57,049 bases of DNA from a virus (taxonomy: Duplodnaviria > Caudoviricetes). Positions 35,973 through 45,102 of the stretch are shown here, one piece after another (the first letter of the stretch is position 1; every line of letters begins with the position of its first letter). The notes under the pieces are model-generated. The model made no database searches. It had not been told where the DNA came from and saw only the letters and a list, made by a program, of their open reading frames with translations. Where the stretch lies: positions 1 through 57,049 of IMG/VR virus record IMGVR_UViG_3300034120_001490. One strand, written 5' to 3'. The translations under genes and the position numbers were made by a program.

Positions 35973-36232
35973 TGCAGCATTTGCACTTTTTTACATCCCT
36001 CTGCAGCATGCAGCATTAGCAGCATGCTGCGTCGTGCTGCAAATGGTGCAGGTCGGGTAATGCAGCATTTATGCAGCAGCAAGGGGAGACACCCCCTTAG
36101 GGGTGGCCCCCACTGCTGCAAATGCTGCACCGAGCAGATGCTGTGCTGCGCTGCAGATTTCCATGCTGTGCCGGAAGCTGAAGATGCAGCATGATGCGTC
36201 GTGCTGCAGATGCTGCAGCGCCTCGTGCTGCA
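35973..36232. repeat. TGCAGCA/TGCTGCA array around a central palindrome (candidate origin or packaging site)
   Basis: 12 exact heptamers counted; inverted arms 36061-36079/36113-36129; 33-bp direct repeats at 36019 and 36186. Confidence 0.8.
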
Positions 36233-36248
36233 CCTCGTAAAATATCGC

Positions 36249-36303
36249 TTGCAACGGTGCGTTGCATGTGAGAGAAGCAATTATCAGCAAACGGAGACAC
36301 CCA
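36249..36303 (+). promoter_or_regulatory. Early promoter/operator and leader G (divergent from F)
   Basis: TTGCAA-cggtgcg-TTGCA..GAGAAG ... ATCAGCAAAC GGAGACACCCA ATG. Confidence 0.75.
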
Positions 36304-36600
36304 ATGACCGACCTCGACGCCCTCCTCGCCGAATTCGCCGCCGCCACCAAGATCGTGACGCTCGCGGATCTCACTCCTGCTCAACGCGAAGCTGCCGAGC
36401 GCATCATCGCCAAGACCGCCGGCAATCGCAAAGAGATCAAGACGCTCAAGATCAGCCGCTACAACGGCAACAGCTATGTCACGCTGTACGTCGAAGCTGG
36501 CCTGCCAAACGACGAAAAAACGCTGGCGTCCATCTTCTGCCGCGACACCGCCCACGTTCAGGTCGGCCCTCGCGGCGGCATCACCAACATCGGCCGCTGA
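36304..36600 (+). CDS. Early hypothetical protein
   Basis: ATG 36304 after leader G; GC3 bias; ends ..VGPRGGI. Confidence 0.8.
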   Translation: MTDLDALLAEFAAATKIVTLADLTPAQREAAERIIAKTAGNRKEIKTLKISRYNGNSYVTLYVEAGLPNDEKTLASIFCRDTAHVQVGPRGGITNIGR

Positions 36601-36607
36601 GCCGATC

Positions 36608-36637
36608 GGGGCGGCCACAGTGCCGCCCCTTGTCGTT
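36608..36637 (+). terminator. Hairpin, probable terminator
   Basis: GGGGCGGC-cacagt-GCCGCCCC followed by a weak T-rich tail. Confidence 0.5.
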
Positions 36638-36697
36638 CGGCCGGCTGGGTGTTATCTGTGGGTGGCTGGTAGTCCTGCCACGAAGCGGAGCATGCAG

Positions 36698-37111
36698 ATG
36701 GCCAATGACATTGTCGGTAGTAAAAAAATGGGTCGGCCGCCATACGAGGCGACGGACGAGCTTCGCGCCAAGGTGCGGACGTGGGCCGCTGTCGGCACGA
36801 CACAGGAAGTGATCGCCGCAGAGCTTGGCATCTGCATCGACACCCTCGCCAAATACTATCGGGACGAACTCGACGAGGCGTCCGCTCGCGGCGTGGCGAA
36901 CATCGCCAGCAACCTGTACGCGAAGGCCATGTCGGGCGATGTGACATCCATGATCTTCTACCTGAAGACGCGCGGACGCTGGCGCGAGAAGGCGTCGGCG
37001 GGCGATGACGAGAACCCGTTGGTCATGCGGATCGAGGGCAGCCTTGACCCCCTCGATCAGGCGATGGAGATCGCGAAGCGGGCAGCACGAGCAAAACAGC
37101 CCGATGAGTGA
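36698..37111 (+). CDS. terS: Terminase small subunit
   Basis: GRP, HTH IA..LGI...TL.K.Y..EL, A..G...MIF.LKTR..W.E; directly upstream of terL. Confidence 0.8.
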   Translation: MANDIVGSKKMGRPPYEATDELRAKVRTWAAVGTTQEVIAAELGICIDTLAKYYRDELDEASARGVANIASNLYAKAMSGDVTSMIFYLKTRGRWREKASAGDDENPLVMRIEGSLDPLDQAMEIAKRAARAKQPDE

Positions 37112-38601
37112 TGGGGCCTGCCTTGCTGGCTGAGAGCCACGAGATCGAAGCGACGTTCGCCGCTGCCCGCCAGCGCCGGGCGCAGTTGCCCGCCGTCGAA
37201 CGATTGGCCTACGACAAACATATGGCGTGGCTGGCGCAGGCGCACGCGCACCAGATCGAGCCGGAGGGGAACTGGCGCACGTGGCTGCTGCTTGCCGGCC
37301 GTGGCGCTGGCAAGACCAAATGCGCGGCGGAGTGGGCTTGGTGGGAAGGCTGGCGCGATCCGGGGTCGCGAACGCTGGTCACGGCCCCGACGCTGGGCGA
37401 CATCCGCGACACCTGCTTCGAGGGCGAGAGCGGCTTGCTGAACTGCATACCGCACCAGTTGATCAAGGATCACAACCGCTCGCTGTCCGAGATTGTGCTG
37501 GTCAACGGTTCGCTGATCAAGGGCATTCCCGCGTCAGAGCCTGAGCGCTTTCGCGGCGGCCAGTGGCACCGCGTGTGGGCCGACGAGCTGGCGGCGTGGA
37601 CGTATGACGAGGACGCTTGGCAGATGATCATGTTCGCCCTGCGCCTCGGCAAGAACCCGCGCATAGTCGCGACCACAACGCCTAAGCCCAAGCAATTGAT
37701 CCGGCAGTTGGTCGCCAGAGACGGCAAGGATGTGACTGTCACCCGCGCCACCAGTATGGCGAACATGGCCAACCTCGCGCCAACCTTCCGTGACCAGATC
37801 ATGGCGATGGAAGGCACAGTCATCTATCGTCAAGAGGCGTTGGGAGAATTGGTGGATCCTGAGGAGGCCGGAATTGTTAAGCGATCGCAGTTCCGCCTGT
37901 GGCCGCACGACAAGCCGCTGCCCCGCTTCGACCTCGTCGTCATGTCGCTCGACACGGCCTTCACCGAGAAGACCATGGACAAACGGAGCGGCGACCCAGA
38001 CCCGACGGCGTGCAGCGTCTGGGGCGTGTTCTTCCACGAGAAGCGCAACAACGTGATGTTGTTGGACTGCTGGGAGGAGCACTTGGGGCTCCCGGATCTT
38101 ATCCGCAAGGTTCGTCGGGAGCTGAACGTTTCATACGGGGACGATGACGACACGGCGCTGATCAAGCCGCTGTTCGGCAGCGGAAAGCCCACCACGTCCG
38201 GCCGCAAGCCGGACATCTTGCTGATCGAAGACAAGGGCTCAGGCATCAGCCTGCGCCAGATGCTGGAGCGTGAGGGCATCGAGGCCTACGCCTACAACCC
38301 CGGCCGCGCCGACAAGCTCACCCGCCTGCACATCGTCTCGCCGATCTTCGCACGCAAGATGGTCTGGCTGCCCGAGAGCAGCAAACACCCCGGCCGGCCG
38401 CGCAACTGGGTCGATCCGCTGCTGCACCAACTGTGCTCGTACACCGGGCCGGGCAGCATCAAGCACGACGACTACGTGGACAGTACTTCGCAGGCGCTCA
38501 GGCTGATGATGGACAAACGCCTACTGGATGCTGTACAAGCCAAAAAAGATGAACCTGTTGGGCCTCCGCCCAAGCCGGTTAGCAATCCGTACGCTGTCTA
38601 A
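37108..38601 (+). CDS. terL: Terminase large subunit
   Basis: AGRGAGKT Walker A, WADE Walker B, TTTP motif III, SLDTA and HDD.VD nuclease residues. Confidence 0.95.
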   Translation: MMGPALLAESHEIEATFAAARQRRAQLPAVERLAYDKHMAWLAQAHAHQIEPEGNWRTWLLLAGRGAGKTKCAAEWAWWEGWRDPGSRTLVTAPTLGDIRDTCFEGESGLLNCIPHQLIKDHNRSLSEIVLVNGSLIKGIPASEPERFRGGQWHRVWADELAAWTYDEDAWQMIMFALRLGKNPRIVATTTPKPKQLIRQLVARDGKDVTVTRATSMANMANLAPTFRDQIMAMEGTVIYRQEALGELVDPEEAGIVKRSQFRLWPHDKPLPRFDLVVMSLDTAFTEKTMDKRSGDPDPTACSVWGVFFHEKRNNVMLLDCWEEHLGLPDLIRKVRRELNVSYGDDDDTALIKPLFGSGKPTTSGRKPDILLIEDKGSGISLRQMLEREGIEAYAYNPGRADKLTRLHIVSPIFARKMVWLPESSKHPGRPRNWVDPLLHQLCSYTGPGSIKHDDYVDSTSQALRLMMDKRLLDAVQAKKDEPVGPPPKPVSNPYAV

Positions 38602-38610
38602 GGAGCGGGC

Positions 38611-41211
38611 ATGGAAGACGATGACGATCTGCCCGAGACCGAAGTGGTCGATCTGGGCGAGGCCGACGACGAGGACGTGATCGACACGCCCGACGGCGGT
38701 GCCATCGTCCGGCTGGATGACGATGACGACATGGAGCCCCGCTCCGATGACTTCCTCGCCAACCTCGCCGAGGAGATGCCCGAGAGCGAGCTGCAGACGC
38801 TGGCGCAGTCGTACCTCGACCTGATCGGCAAAGACAAGGAAGCGCGCAAGAAGCGCGACGAGCAGTACGAGGAGGGCCTGCGCCGCACCGGTCTGGGCGA
38901 CGACGCGCCCGGCGGCGCGCAGTTCAACGGCGCGACCAAGGTCGTCCACCCGATGCTGACCGAGGCGTGCGTGGACTTCGCCGCCCGCGCCATCAAGGAG
39001 CTGTTCCCGCCGCAGGGGCCGGTCAAGGACATGATCCCCGGCGAGGTGACGGCCGACAAGGTCAAGAAGGCCAAGCGCAAGACCACCTTCATGAACTGGC
39101 AGCTCACCGTCCAGTCCAGCGAGTTCCGCGCCGAGCTGGAGCAGCTCCTGACGCAGGTGCCGCTGGGCGGCGCGCAGTACATGAAGGTGACGTGGAAGGA
39201 AGACCGCAACCGGCCTGAGTTCCTGTTCGTCGCGATCGACGACCTGTACCTGCCGTTTGCTGCAACCAACTTCTACACGGCGCAGCGCAAGACGCACGTG
39301 CAATATCTTACGGCCGTGGACTACCAGCGCCGCGTCAAGAGCGGCATGTACCGCGACGTGGATCTCGGCCCGGTCAGTATGGAGCCCGACTACAGCGTCG
39401 CCGAGAAGGCGAACAACAAGATCGAGGGCCGCGAGGAGACCAGCTACAACGAGGACGGCCTCCGCACCGTCTACGAGGTGTACACCATCGCCGCGATTGA
39501 GGGCGACGAGGCGCTGCCGTACATCATCAGCATCGACAAGCCGAGCGGCAAGGTGCTCAGCATCTACCGCAACTGGGACGAGCTGGACGAGGCGCAGGAA
39601 GAGCTGCAGTGGTTCGTCGAGTTCCCCTTCGTGCCGTGGCGCGGCGCGTACCCGATCGGCCTGCCGCACATGGTCGGCGGTCTGGCGGCCGCCGCGACGG
39701 GCGCACTGCGCGCCCTGCTCGACAGCGCGCACATCAGCAACAGCCAGACCATGCTCAAGCTCAAGGGCGGCAGCAAGGGCGGGCAGAGCCTCGAGATCCA
39801 GCCGACGCAGGTGATGGAGATCGAGGGCGGCATGGCGGCGGACGACATCCGCAAGCTGATCATGCCGCTGCCCTACAACCAGCCGTCGCCGGTGCTGTTC
39901 TCGCTGCTGGGCTTCTTGGTCGATGCGGGCAAGGGCGTCATCCGCACCAGCATGGAGGACATCGCCGACGGCAACGCCAACGCGCCGGTCGGCACGACGC
40001 TCGCCAAGATCGAGCAGGGCATGGTCGTGTTCAGCGCCATCCACGCCCGCCTGCACAACTCGATGCAGAAGCTGCTGTCGATCCTGCACCGCCTCAACGC
40101 CATGTACCTCGACGACGAGGAGACGGACGCCGAGCTGGGCGAGGAGCTGGCCACGCGCGCCGACTTCGAAGGCCCGCTCGACGTGGTGCCGGTCAGCGAC
40201 CCGAACATCTTCAGCGAGGCGCAGCGCTTCGCGCAGGTGCAGGCGGTGGCACAGCGCGCGGCCGCGCTGCCGCAGTTGTACAACCTGCGGAAGGTCGAGG
40301 AGCGCATCCTTGACACGCTCAAGATCCCCAACGCCAAGGAGCTGTTGAACCCGGCGGTGGAGCCCAAGGAGCGCAACGCGGTCAACGAGAACGTGGCGGC
40401 GACCATGGGCCAGCCGATCGTGGTCTTCCCCGAGCAGGATCACATCGCCCACCTCAAGACGCACTTGGCGTACATGCTCTCGCCCGCGCTGGGCATGAAC
40501 CCGCTGATCGCGCCGACGTACCTGCCGATGATCCTGAACCACATCCGGGATCACCTCGCGTCGTGGTACGCCTACAGCGTGTTCGAGCTGGGCACCGAGG
40601 CGACGGGCGAGGACATCGGCGACGTGCTGAAGGCGATCAAGGATCCCGACGACAAGCGCGCATTCGACGCCATGCTGGCCGAGGCTTCGCAGACGGTGGT
40701 GCAGCAGGCCGGCAACGTGTTCGCGTCGCTGCCGCCCGTCATCCAGCAGGCGCAGCAGGTCATGCAGTCTCTCGCGCCGCAGCCGCCCATGGATCCGAAC
40801 ACGCAGGCGGCCATGGAGCAGCTCAAGCTGCAGGCGCAGCAGATCCAGCAGCGCGCCCAGTCCGACGCGCAGCGCATGCAGCTCGATGCAGCGAAGACGC
40901 AGCAGCAGGCCCAGACTGATCAGGCCAAGCTGCAGCTCGACGCGGCCAAGACGCAGCAGCAGGCCCAGAACGATCAGGCCAAGCTGCAGATGGAGCAGGC
41001 CAAGCTGCAGCTCGACGCGCAGCAGGCGCAGGCACGCCTCGCCTCCGCCCAGCAGATCGAGCAGATCGAGAACCAGCGCAAGCTGTCCGAGATGCAGGTG
41101 CGTCAGGCGATGAACACGCAGGACAACCTGACGGCCATGGAGCTGGCCAAGCTCGAAGTCGAGACGGGTGAGCGCTTCGGCGTCAGCACCGGCACCGGCA
41201 TCAACCCGTAA
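38611..41211 (+). CDS. Portal protein with Q-rich coiled-coil barrel
   Basis: Follows terL; HP.L.EA.V.F.A, N.PVGTT.A..EQG, PV.DPN..S..QR; 54-bp repeats (QLDAAKTQQQAQ.DQAKL) near the C-terminus. Confidence 0.85.
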   Translation: MEDDDDLPETEVVDLGEADDEDVIDTPDGGAIVRLDDDDDMEPRSDDFLANLAEEMPESELQTLAQSYLDLIGKDKEARKKRDEQYEEGLRRTGLGDDAPGGAQFNGATKVVHPMLTEACVDFAARAIKELFPPQGPVKDMIPGEVTADKVKKAKRKTTFMNWQLTVQSSEFRAELEQLLTQVPLGGAQYMKVTWKEDRNRPEFLFVAIDDLYLPFAATNFYTAQRKTHVQYLTAVDYQRRVKSGMYRDVDLGPVSMEPDYSVAEKANNKIEGREETSYNEDGLRTVYEVYTIAAIEGDEALPYIISIDKPSGKVLSIYRNWDELDEAQEELQWFVEFPFVPWRGAYPIGLPHMVGGLAAAATGALRALLDSAHISNSQTMLKLKGGSKGGQSLEIQPTQVMEIEGGMAADDIRKLIMPLPYNQPSPVLFSLLGFLVDAGKGVIRTSMEDIADGNANAPVGTTLAKIEQGMVVFSAIHARLHNSMQKLLSILHRLNAMYLDDEETDAELGEELATRADFEGPLDVVPVSDPNIFSEAQRFAQVQAVAQRAAALPQLYNLRKVEERILDTLKIPNAKELLNPAVEPKERNAVNENVAATMGQPIVVFPEQDHIAHLKTHLAYMLSPALGMNPLIAPTYLPMILNHIRDHLASWYAYSVFELGTEATGEDIGDVLKAIKDPDDKRAFDAMLAEASQTVVQQAGNVFASLPPVIQQAQQVMQSLAPQPPMDPNTQAAMEQLKLQAQQIQQRAQSDAQRMQLDAAKTQQQAQTDQAKLQLDAAKTQQQAQNDQAKLQMEQAKLQLDAQQAQARLASAQQIEQIENQRKLSEMQVRQAMNTQDNLTAMELAKLEVETGERFGVSTGTGINP

Positions 41212-41224
41212 CGAGGAGACTGAA

Positions 41225-41362
41225 ATGAACGACACCAAGGGCAAGCCGGTCGGTAAGGACGGCGTCAAGATGCACAAGCGTCTGGCAATGGGCGAAGCCG
41301 TCGAGACCGGTGCCGGCAAGGGCGCGATGGGCGGCAAGAACTCGCCGAAGACGCCTGCATGA
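41225..41362 (+). CDS. 45-aa basic Gly/Lys protein
   Basis: GAGGAG RBS; coupled to the next gene. Confidence 0.65.
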   Translation: MNDTKGKPVGKDGVKMHKRLAMGEAVETGAGKGAMGGKNSPKTPA

Positions 41363-41553
41363 GAATTGAGGTTCTGCTGCAGCGTCTGGAGCAATCGCAG
41401 GCCGATCTGGCACGCGATGCGCTGGAGCAGCCTCAAGGCCGCGACCTCTTCGAGTACGGAAAGGTTGTCGGCATTTACGCTGGTCTCGAGCTGGCCAAGA
41501 CCGTGTTGATCGACATGGTCGCGGAGAAAGAGCGAAAAGACCGTAATCTCTAA
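41359..41553 (+). CDS. Small helical protein
   Basis: EYG...G...GL..A pattern, between portal and GroES. Confidence 0.75.
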   Translation: MRIEVLLQRLEQSQADLARDALEQPQGRDLFEYGKVVGIYAGLELAKTVLIDMVAEKERKDRNL

Positions 41554-41575
41554 CCACTTGAGCGGAGGAGCACCC

Positions 41576-42004
41576 GTGCAAGAATATGTTCTGAACAAGG
41601 TACAGTTTGCGTATGGCAGCATCGACGAGGCCTTCCCGGCCGTCGATCCGGGCGTGAAGCCCTTTGGCAGCCGCGTGCTGTGCCAGATCCGTCTGGCTAA
41701 GAAGAAGACGAAGGGCGGCATCATCCTCACCGGCGACACCAAGGACACCGAAACGTGGAACACGCAGGTGGCCCGCGTCGTGGCCGTCGGTGATCTCGCC
41801 TTCAAGAACCGCAACACGCAAGAGCCGTGGCCAGAGGGCTCGTGGGCTACGCCGGGGGACTTCGTCCGCGTCCCCAAATACGGCGGTGACAAGTGGACGG
41901 TCAAAATCGACGACGATCAGGAAGTGATCTTCGTTATCCTCAACGATCTGGATCTGATCGGCTTAGTCACGGGCGACCCGCTCGCGATGAAGGCGTTCGT
42001 CTGA
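41576..42004 (+). CDS. groES: GroES-like co-chaperonin
   Basis: P.G.RVL......KTKGGIIL, VVAVG, GD.V...KY.G, LND.D..G.V; GTG 41576 with GGAGGAG RBS. Confidence 0.9.
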   Translation: MQEYVLNKVQFAYGSIDEAFPAVDPGVKPFGSRVLCQIRLAKKKTKGGIILTGDTKDTETWNTQVARVVAVGDLAFKNRNTQEPWPEGSWATPGDFVRVPKYGGDKWTVKIDDDQEVIFVILNDLDLIGLVTGDPLAMKAFV

Positions 42005-42029
42005 TCCATAAGGCTGAAAGGAGCCGATC

Positions 42030-42956
42030 ATGGCTGATACAGTAGACGAAAAGGACGACGAGATCGTCGTCATCGAGACCGACGGCACCGAACAGGTTGA
42101 GCAGCCCGAGGTGCAGGACGACGAGGACGATGATGACGACGACAGTCGCATGGGCACGTCCGAGGACGACTCCGAGGACGAGATCGTCGACAAGACGAAG
42201 AAGAACCGCGATAGCCGCGTCAAGCGGCGCCAACTGCAGAAGGTGGCCAAGGAGCGCTCGCAGCAGGAGCTGGCCTATCTGCGCGAGCAGAACGCCGAAC
42301 TCATGCGCCGCATGGCTGCGGTCGAGGGCAACACGCTGACGCAGAACGCGGCCGGCGTGCAGCAGCAACTGCAGCAGGCACTGGCGGAGGCCCGGCAGGC
42401 CGAGCAGATCATGGCCCGCGCGATCGAGGCCGGCAACGGTGAGGACGCCGCGACCGCGCTCCGCATCCGCGACGAGGCCAAGGAGCGCGCCGCGCAGCTT
42501 TCCGCGTACAAGGATCGCTTCGAGGCCGCCGCCAAGGAGGCGACCACGCCGCGCGCCGACCCGCGCGTGACGAACTACGCGCAGCAGTGGCTGTCAGCCA
42601 ACTCGTGGTACGACCCGCAGGGCCGCGACGAGGACAGCGCCATCACCAAGGCGATCGACAACGCTCTGGCGCGCGAGGGTTGGAACCCCGCGAGCGAGGA
42701 GTATTGGCACGAGCTGACGCGCCGCGTGGCCAACCGCATCGGTGATGGGGACGAGGCACCTGCGCGCACCGCCAAACGCAAGGCTCCGCCGACCGGCAGC
42801 GGCCGCGAATACGCACCGCCGAGCACCAAGAACGAAGTAGTAGTGACACCCGAGCGCAAACAGGCTATGTTAGACGCTGGTGTTTGGGACGACCCTGTCG
42901 CTCGCAAGCGCTACCTGAAGGCGTATCAGGACTACGACCGCAACACAGCTCGCTGA
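42030..42956 (+). CDS. Capsid scaffolding-like protein
   Basis: Acidic N-terminus, coiled coil, W...N.W, upstream of the capsid gene. Confidence 0.7.
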   Translation: MADTVDEKDDEIVVIETDGTEQVEQPEVQDDEDDDDDDSRMGTSEDDSEDEIVDKTKKNRDSRVKRRQLQKVAKERSQQELAYLREQNAELMRRMAAVEGNTLTQNAAGVQQQLQQALAEARQAEQIMARAIEAGNGEDAATALRIRDEAKERAAQLSAYKDRFEAAAKEATTPRADPRVTNYAQQWLSANSWYDPQGRDEDSAITKAIDNALAREGWNPASEEYWHELTRRVANRIGDGDEAPARTAKRKAPPTGSGREYAPPSTKNEVVVTPERKQAMLDAGVWDDPVARKRYLKAYQDYDRNTAR

Positions 42957-42971
42957 AAAGGAGAGAGCTAA

Positions 42972-43517
42972 ATGTCTGAAGAACGTATGGATGATCGCCT
43001 GAAGAAGGAACTGGGTGTTAGTCGGCAACCCCGAGAGACGCAGGATCGGCGCACGACGCAGAACCGCGAAATCTCGGAAGATGACCGGCTCGCGATGTTC
43101 CGAATGCAGTTGTACAACGATGCTCTACCCAACATTCCAGATATCCCCGGATATCATGTGTGCTGGCTGACGACGACGAACAATGGCGACACGATCCAAC
43201 ACCGCCTGCGTCTGGGCTACGAACTCATCCGTGCCGAGGACGTTCCGGGGATGGAACTGGTCACCATGAAGACCGGCGAATATGTCGGCTGCGTCGCCGT
43301 CAAGGAAATGATCGCGGCTAAGCTGCCCTTGTCCCTGTATTACAGGTACATGCAGGAAGCTCACCACGACGCACCCATGCGGGAGGAGAACAAGCTCGAG
43401 GAAACCGCGCAGATGATGCGCGAGCAAGCCGAGCGTTCTGGCGGTCGTCTCGTCGTGGACGAGGACGACATGCGGGGAGGGTATGGTTCAAACCCGGCAA
43501 AGGGCCTTTTCGCCTGA
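42972..43517 (+). CDS. Head morphogenesis-region protein
   Basis: P.IPG.H..W ... LGYE motif; AAGGAG RBS. Confidence 0.75.
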   Translation: MSEERMDDRLKKELGVSRQPRETQDRRTTQNREISEDDRLAMFRMQLYNDALPNIPDIPGYHVCWLTTTNNGDTIQHRLRLGYELIRAEDVPGMELVTMKTGEYVGCVAVKEMIAAKLPLSLYYRYMQEAHHDAPMREENKLEETAQMMREQAERSGGRLVVDEDDMRGGYGSNPAKGLFA

Positions 43518-43552
43518 TGCCAACCGAAACCCTTTTGTAAGGAAACAGGCTC

Positions 43553-44128
43553 ATGTCTGCCACGGTTAACGCACCGTTCGGTCTGCGCCCGTCGTACTCG
43601 CCCAGTGGTGTGATCCGTCCCACCGCCTTCACGATTGCGTCGGGTTATGCCCAGAACCTCTTCCAGAACCAGCCCGTACGTATCGCCCCCACCACCACCG
43701 GTGGCGAAACTGAAGGCAACCTTGTCGCCGCCGCTGTTGGTGCCGCCTTCATCGGCGTCTTTCAGGGCGTCGAGTTCACCGATGGCGAAGGTCGCCGCCG
43801 CGTGTCCAACCGCTGGTTGGCCTCGACGGTTGCCACCGAGATCACGGCGTACGCCACGCTTGACCCGACCATCTTCTACGAAATCCAGAGCAACGCCGCT
43901 CTGACCGTGGCAGATATCGGCAAGCAGTACGACCTGTCTGCCATCTCGGGCAACACCACTACCGGCCTGAGCACTCAGGCTCTGGACGTTGCCTCCGCCG
44001 CCGCCAATGCTTCTGTCCGTCTCGTCGGCATCACGCCCGGCCCGGACAACGCCTTCGGCGACACCTATGTCATCGCGCAGGTTCAGATCAGCGAACATCA
44101 GTTCGTTGCTGACAAAGCTGCCATCTAA
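43553..44128 (+). CDS. Capsid decoration/cement-like protein
   Basis: APFGLRP ... GVF.G.E ... DP...YEIQ; directly upstream of the capsid gene. Confidence 0.7.
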   Translation: MSATVNAPFGLRPSYSPSGVIRPTAFTIASGYAQNLFQNQPVRIAPTTTGGETEGNLVAAAVGAAFIGVFQGVEFTDGEGRRRVSNRWLASTVATEITAYATLDPTIFYEIQSNAALTVADIGKQYDLSAISGNTTTGLSTQALDVASAAANASVRLVGITPGPDNAFGDTYVIAQVQISEHQFVADKAAI

Positions 44129-44145
44129 TTAGGAGGGCTTGAACA

Positions 44146-45060
44146 ATGGCTACGCCTATGCGTTCAACCGACTTTCGTTCAATCGTCGAACCGATCCTGA
44201 ACGAAGAGTTCAATGGCATCTATGACCAGCGCGCGGACGAGTGGTCACAGGTCTTCAAGGAGTTCAAGGGCATCCCCCGGAACTACCATGAAGAGCCTGT
44301 CCTGTACGGCTTCGGGGCTGCCCCGGAACTGCCGGACGGCATGCCGGTCACCTACCAGTCGGGCGGCGTGCTGTTCATCCAGCGCTACGTCTATCGCGTC
44401 TACGGTCTGGCCTTCGCCCTGACCAAGGTGCTGGTGGAAGACGGCGACCACATCCGTATCGGTCAGACCTATGCGCGTCACCTCGCGCAGTCGCTGATCG
44501 AGACGAAGGAAACGCTGGGTGCCAACGTCCTGAACCGCGCCTTCAACGGCTCGTATCCGGGCGGCGACGGCGTGTCGCTGGTGGCCAACAACCACCCGAC
44601 CGCCAATGGCACGTTCAGCAACCAGCTCAACGTGGCTGCGGCTCTGTCGCAGACCTCGCTGGAGCAGTTGCTGATCCAAATCCGCAACGCTGTTGACAAC
44701 AACGGCAAGCGTATCCGCCTGACGCCGAAGAAGATCGTCACTGGGCCGTCCAACGTGTTCCAAGCCGAAGTGCTGCTGAAGAGCGTACTGCGTGCCGGCA
44801 CTGCGGATAATGATATTAACCCAGTGAAATCTTTGGGTCTTTTGACCGAAGGTCAGGCCAACCTGTCGCGTATCACCTCCAACACGGCCTTCTGGGTCGA
44901 GACCGACGCGCCGGAAGGCCTCAAGCTCGCGATGCGTCGCGGCCTTGAGAAGTCGATGGAAGGTGACTTCGAAACCGACAGCATGCGCTACAAGGCCACC
45001 GAGCGTTATGCGTTCGGGTGGACGGACCCCCGTGGCGTTTTTGGAACTCCGGGTATCTGA
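44146..45060 (+). CDS. Major capsid protein
   Basis: Strong codon bias; GFG.A...G....Y, LNRAF, GGDGV.L....HP, DF.T...RYKA.ERY.FGW.DPR. Confidence 0.9.
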   Translation: MATPMRSTDFRSIVEPILNEEFNGIYDQRADEWSQVFKEFKGIPRNYHEEPVLYGFGAAPELPDGMPVTYQSGGVLFIQRYVYRVYGLAFALTKVLVEDGDHIRIGQTYARHLAQSLIETKETLGANVLNRAFNGSYPGGDGVSLVANNHPTANGTFSNQLNVAAALSQTSLEQLLIQIRNAVDNNGKRIRLTPKKIVTGPSNVFQAEVLLKSVLRAGTADNDINPVKSLGLLTEGQANLSRITSNTAFWVETDAPEGLKLAMRRGLEKSMEGDFETDSMRYKATERYAFGWTDPRGVFGTPGI

Positions 45061-45102
45061 TAAGCACTTAAAAAGCAACGCTTTTTAGGCACTTGCAAAA
45101 CG

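Noticed and set aside
35973-36232. TGCAGCA array as a CRISPR array or coding region
   Set aside because: The units are 7 bp, in both orientations and irregularly spaced; ORFs across it are low-complexity by-products.
38521-41904. Long antisense ORFs (this one, 6042..8645, 908..2476, 25190..26608, 27757..29682 and others)
   Set aside because: They are shadows of GC3-biased genes on the opposite strand, with no recognisable motifs or RBS.
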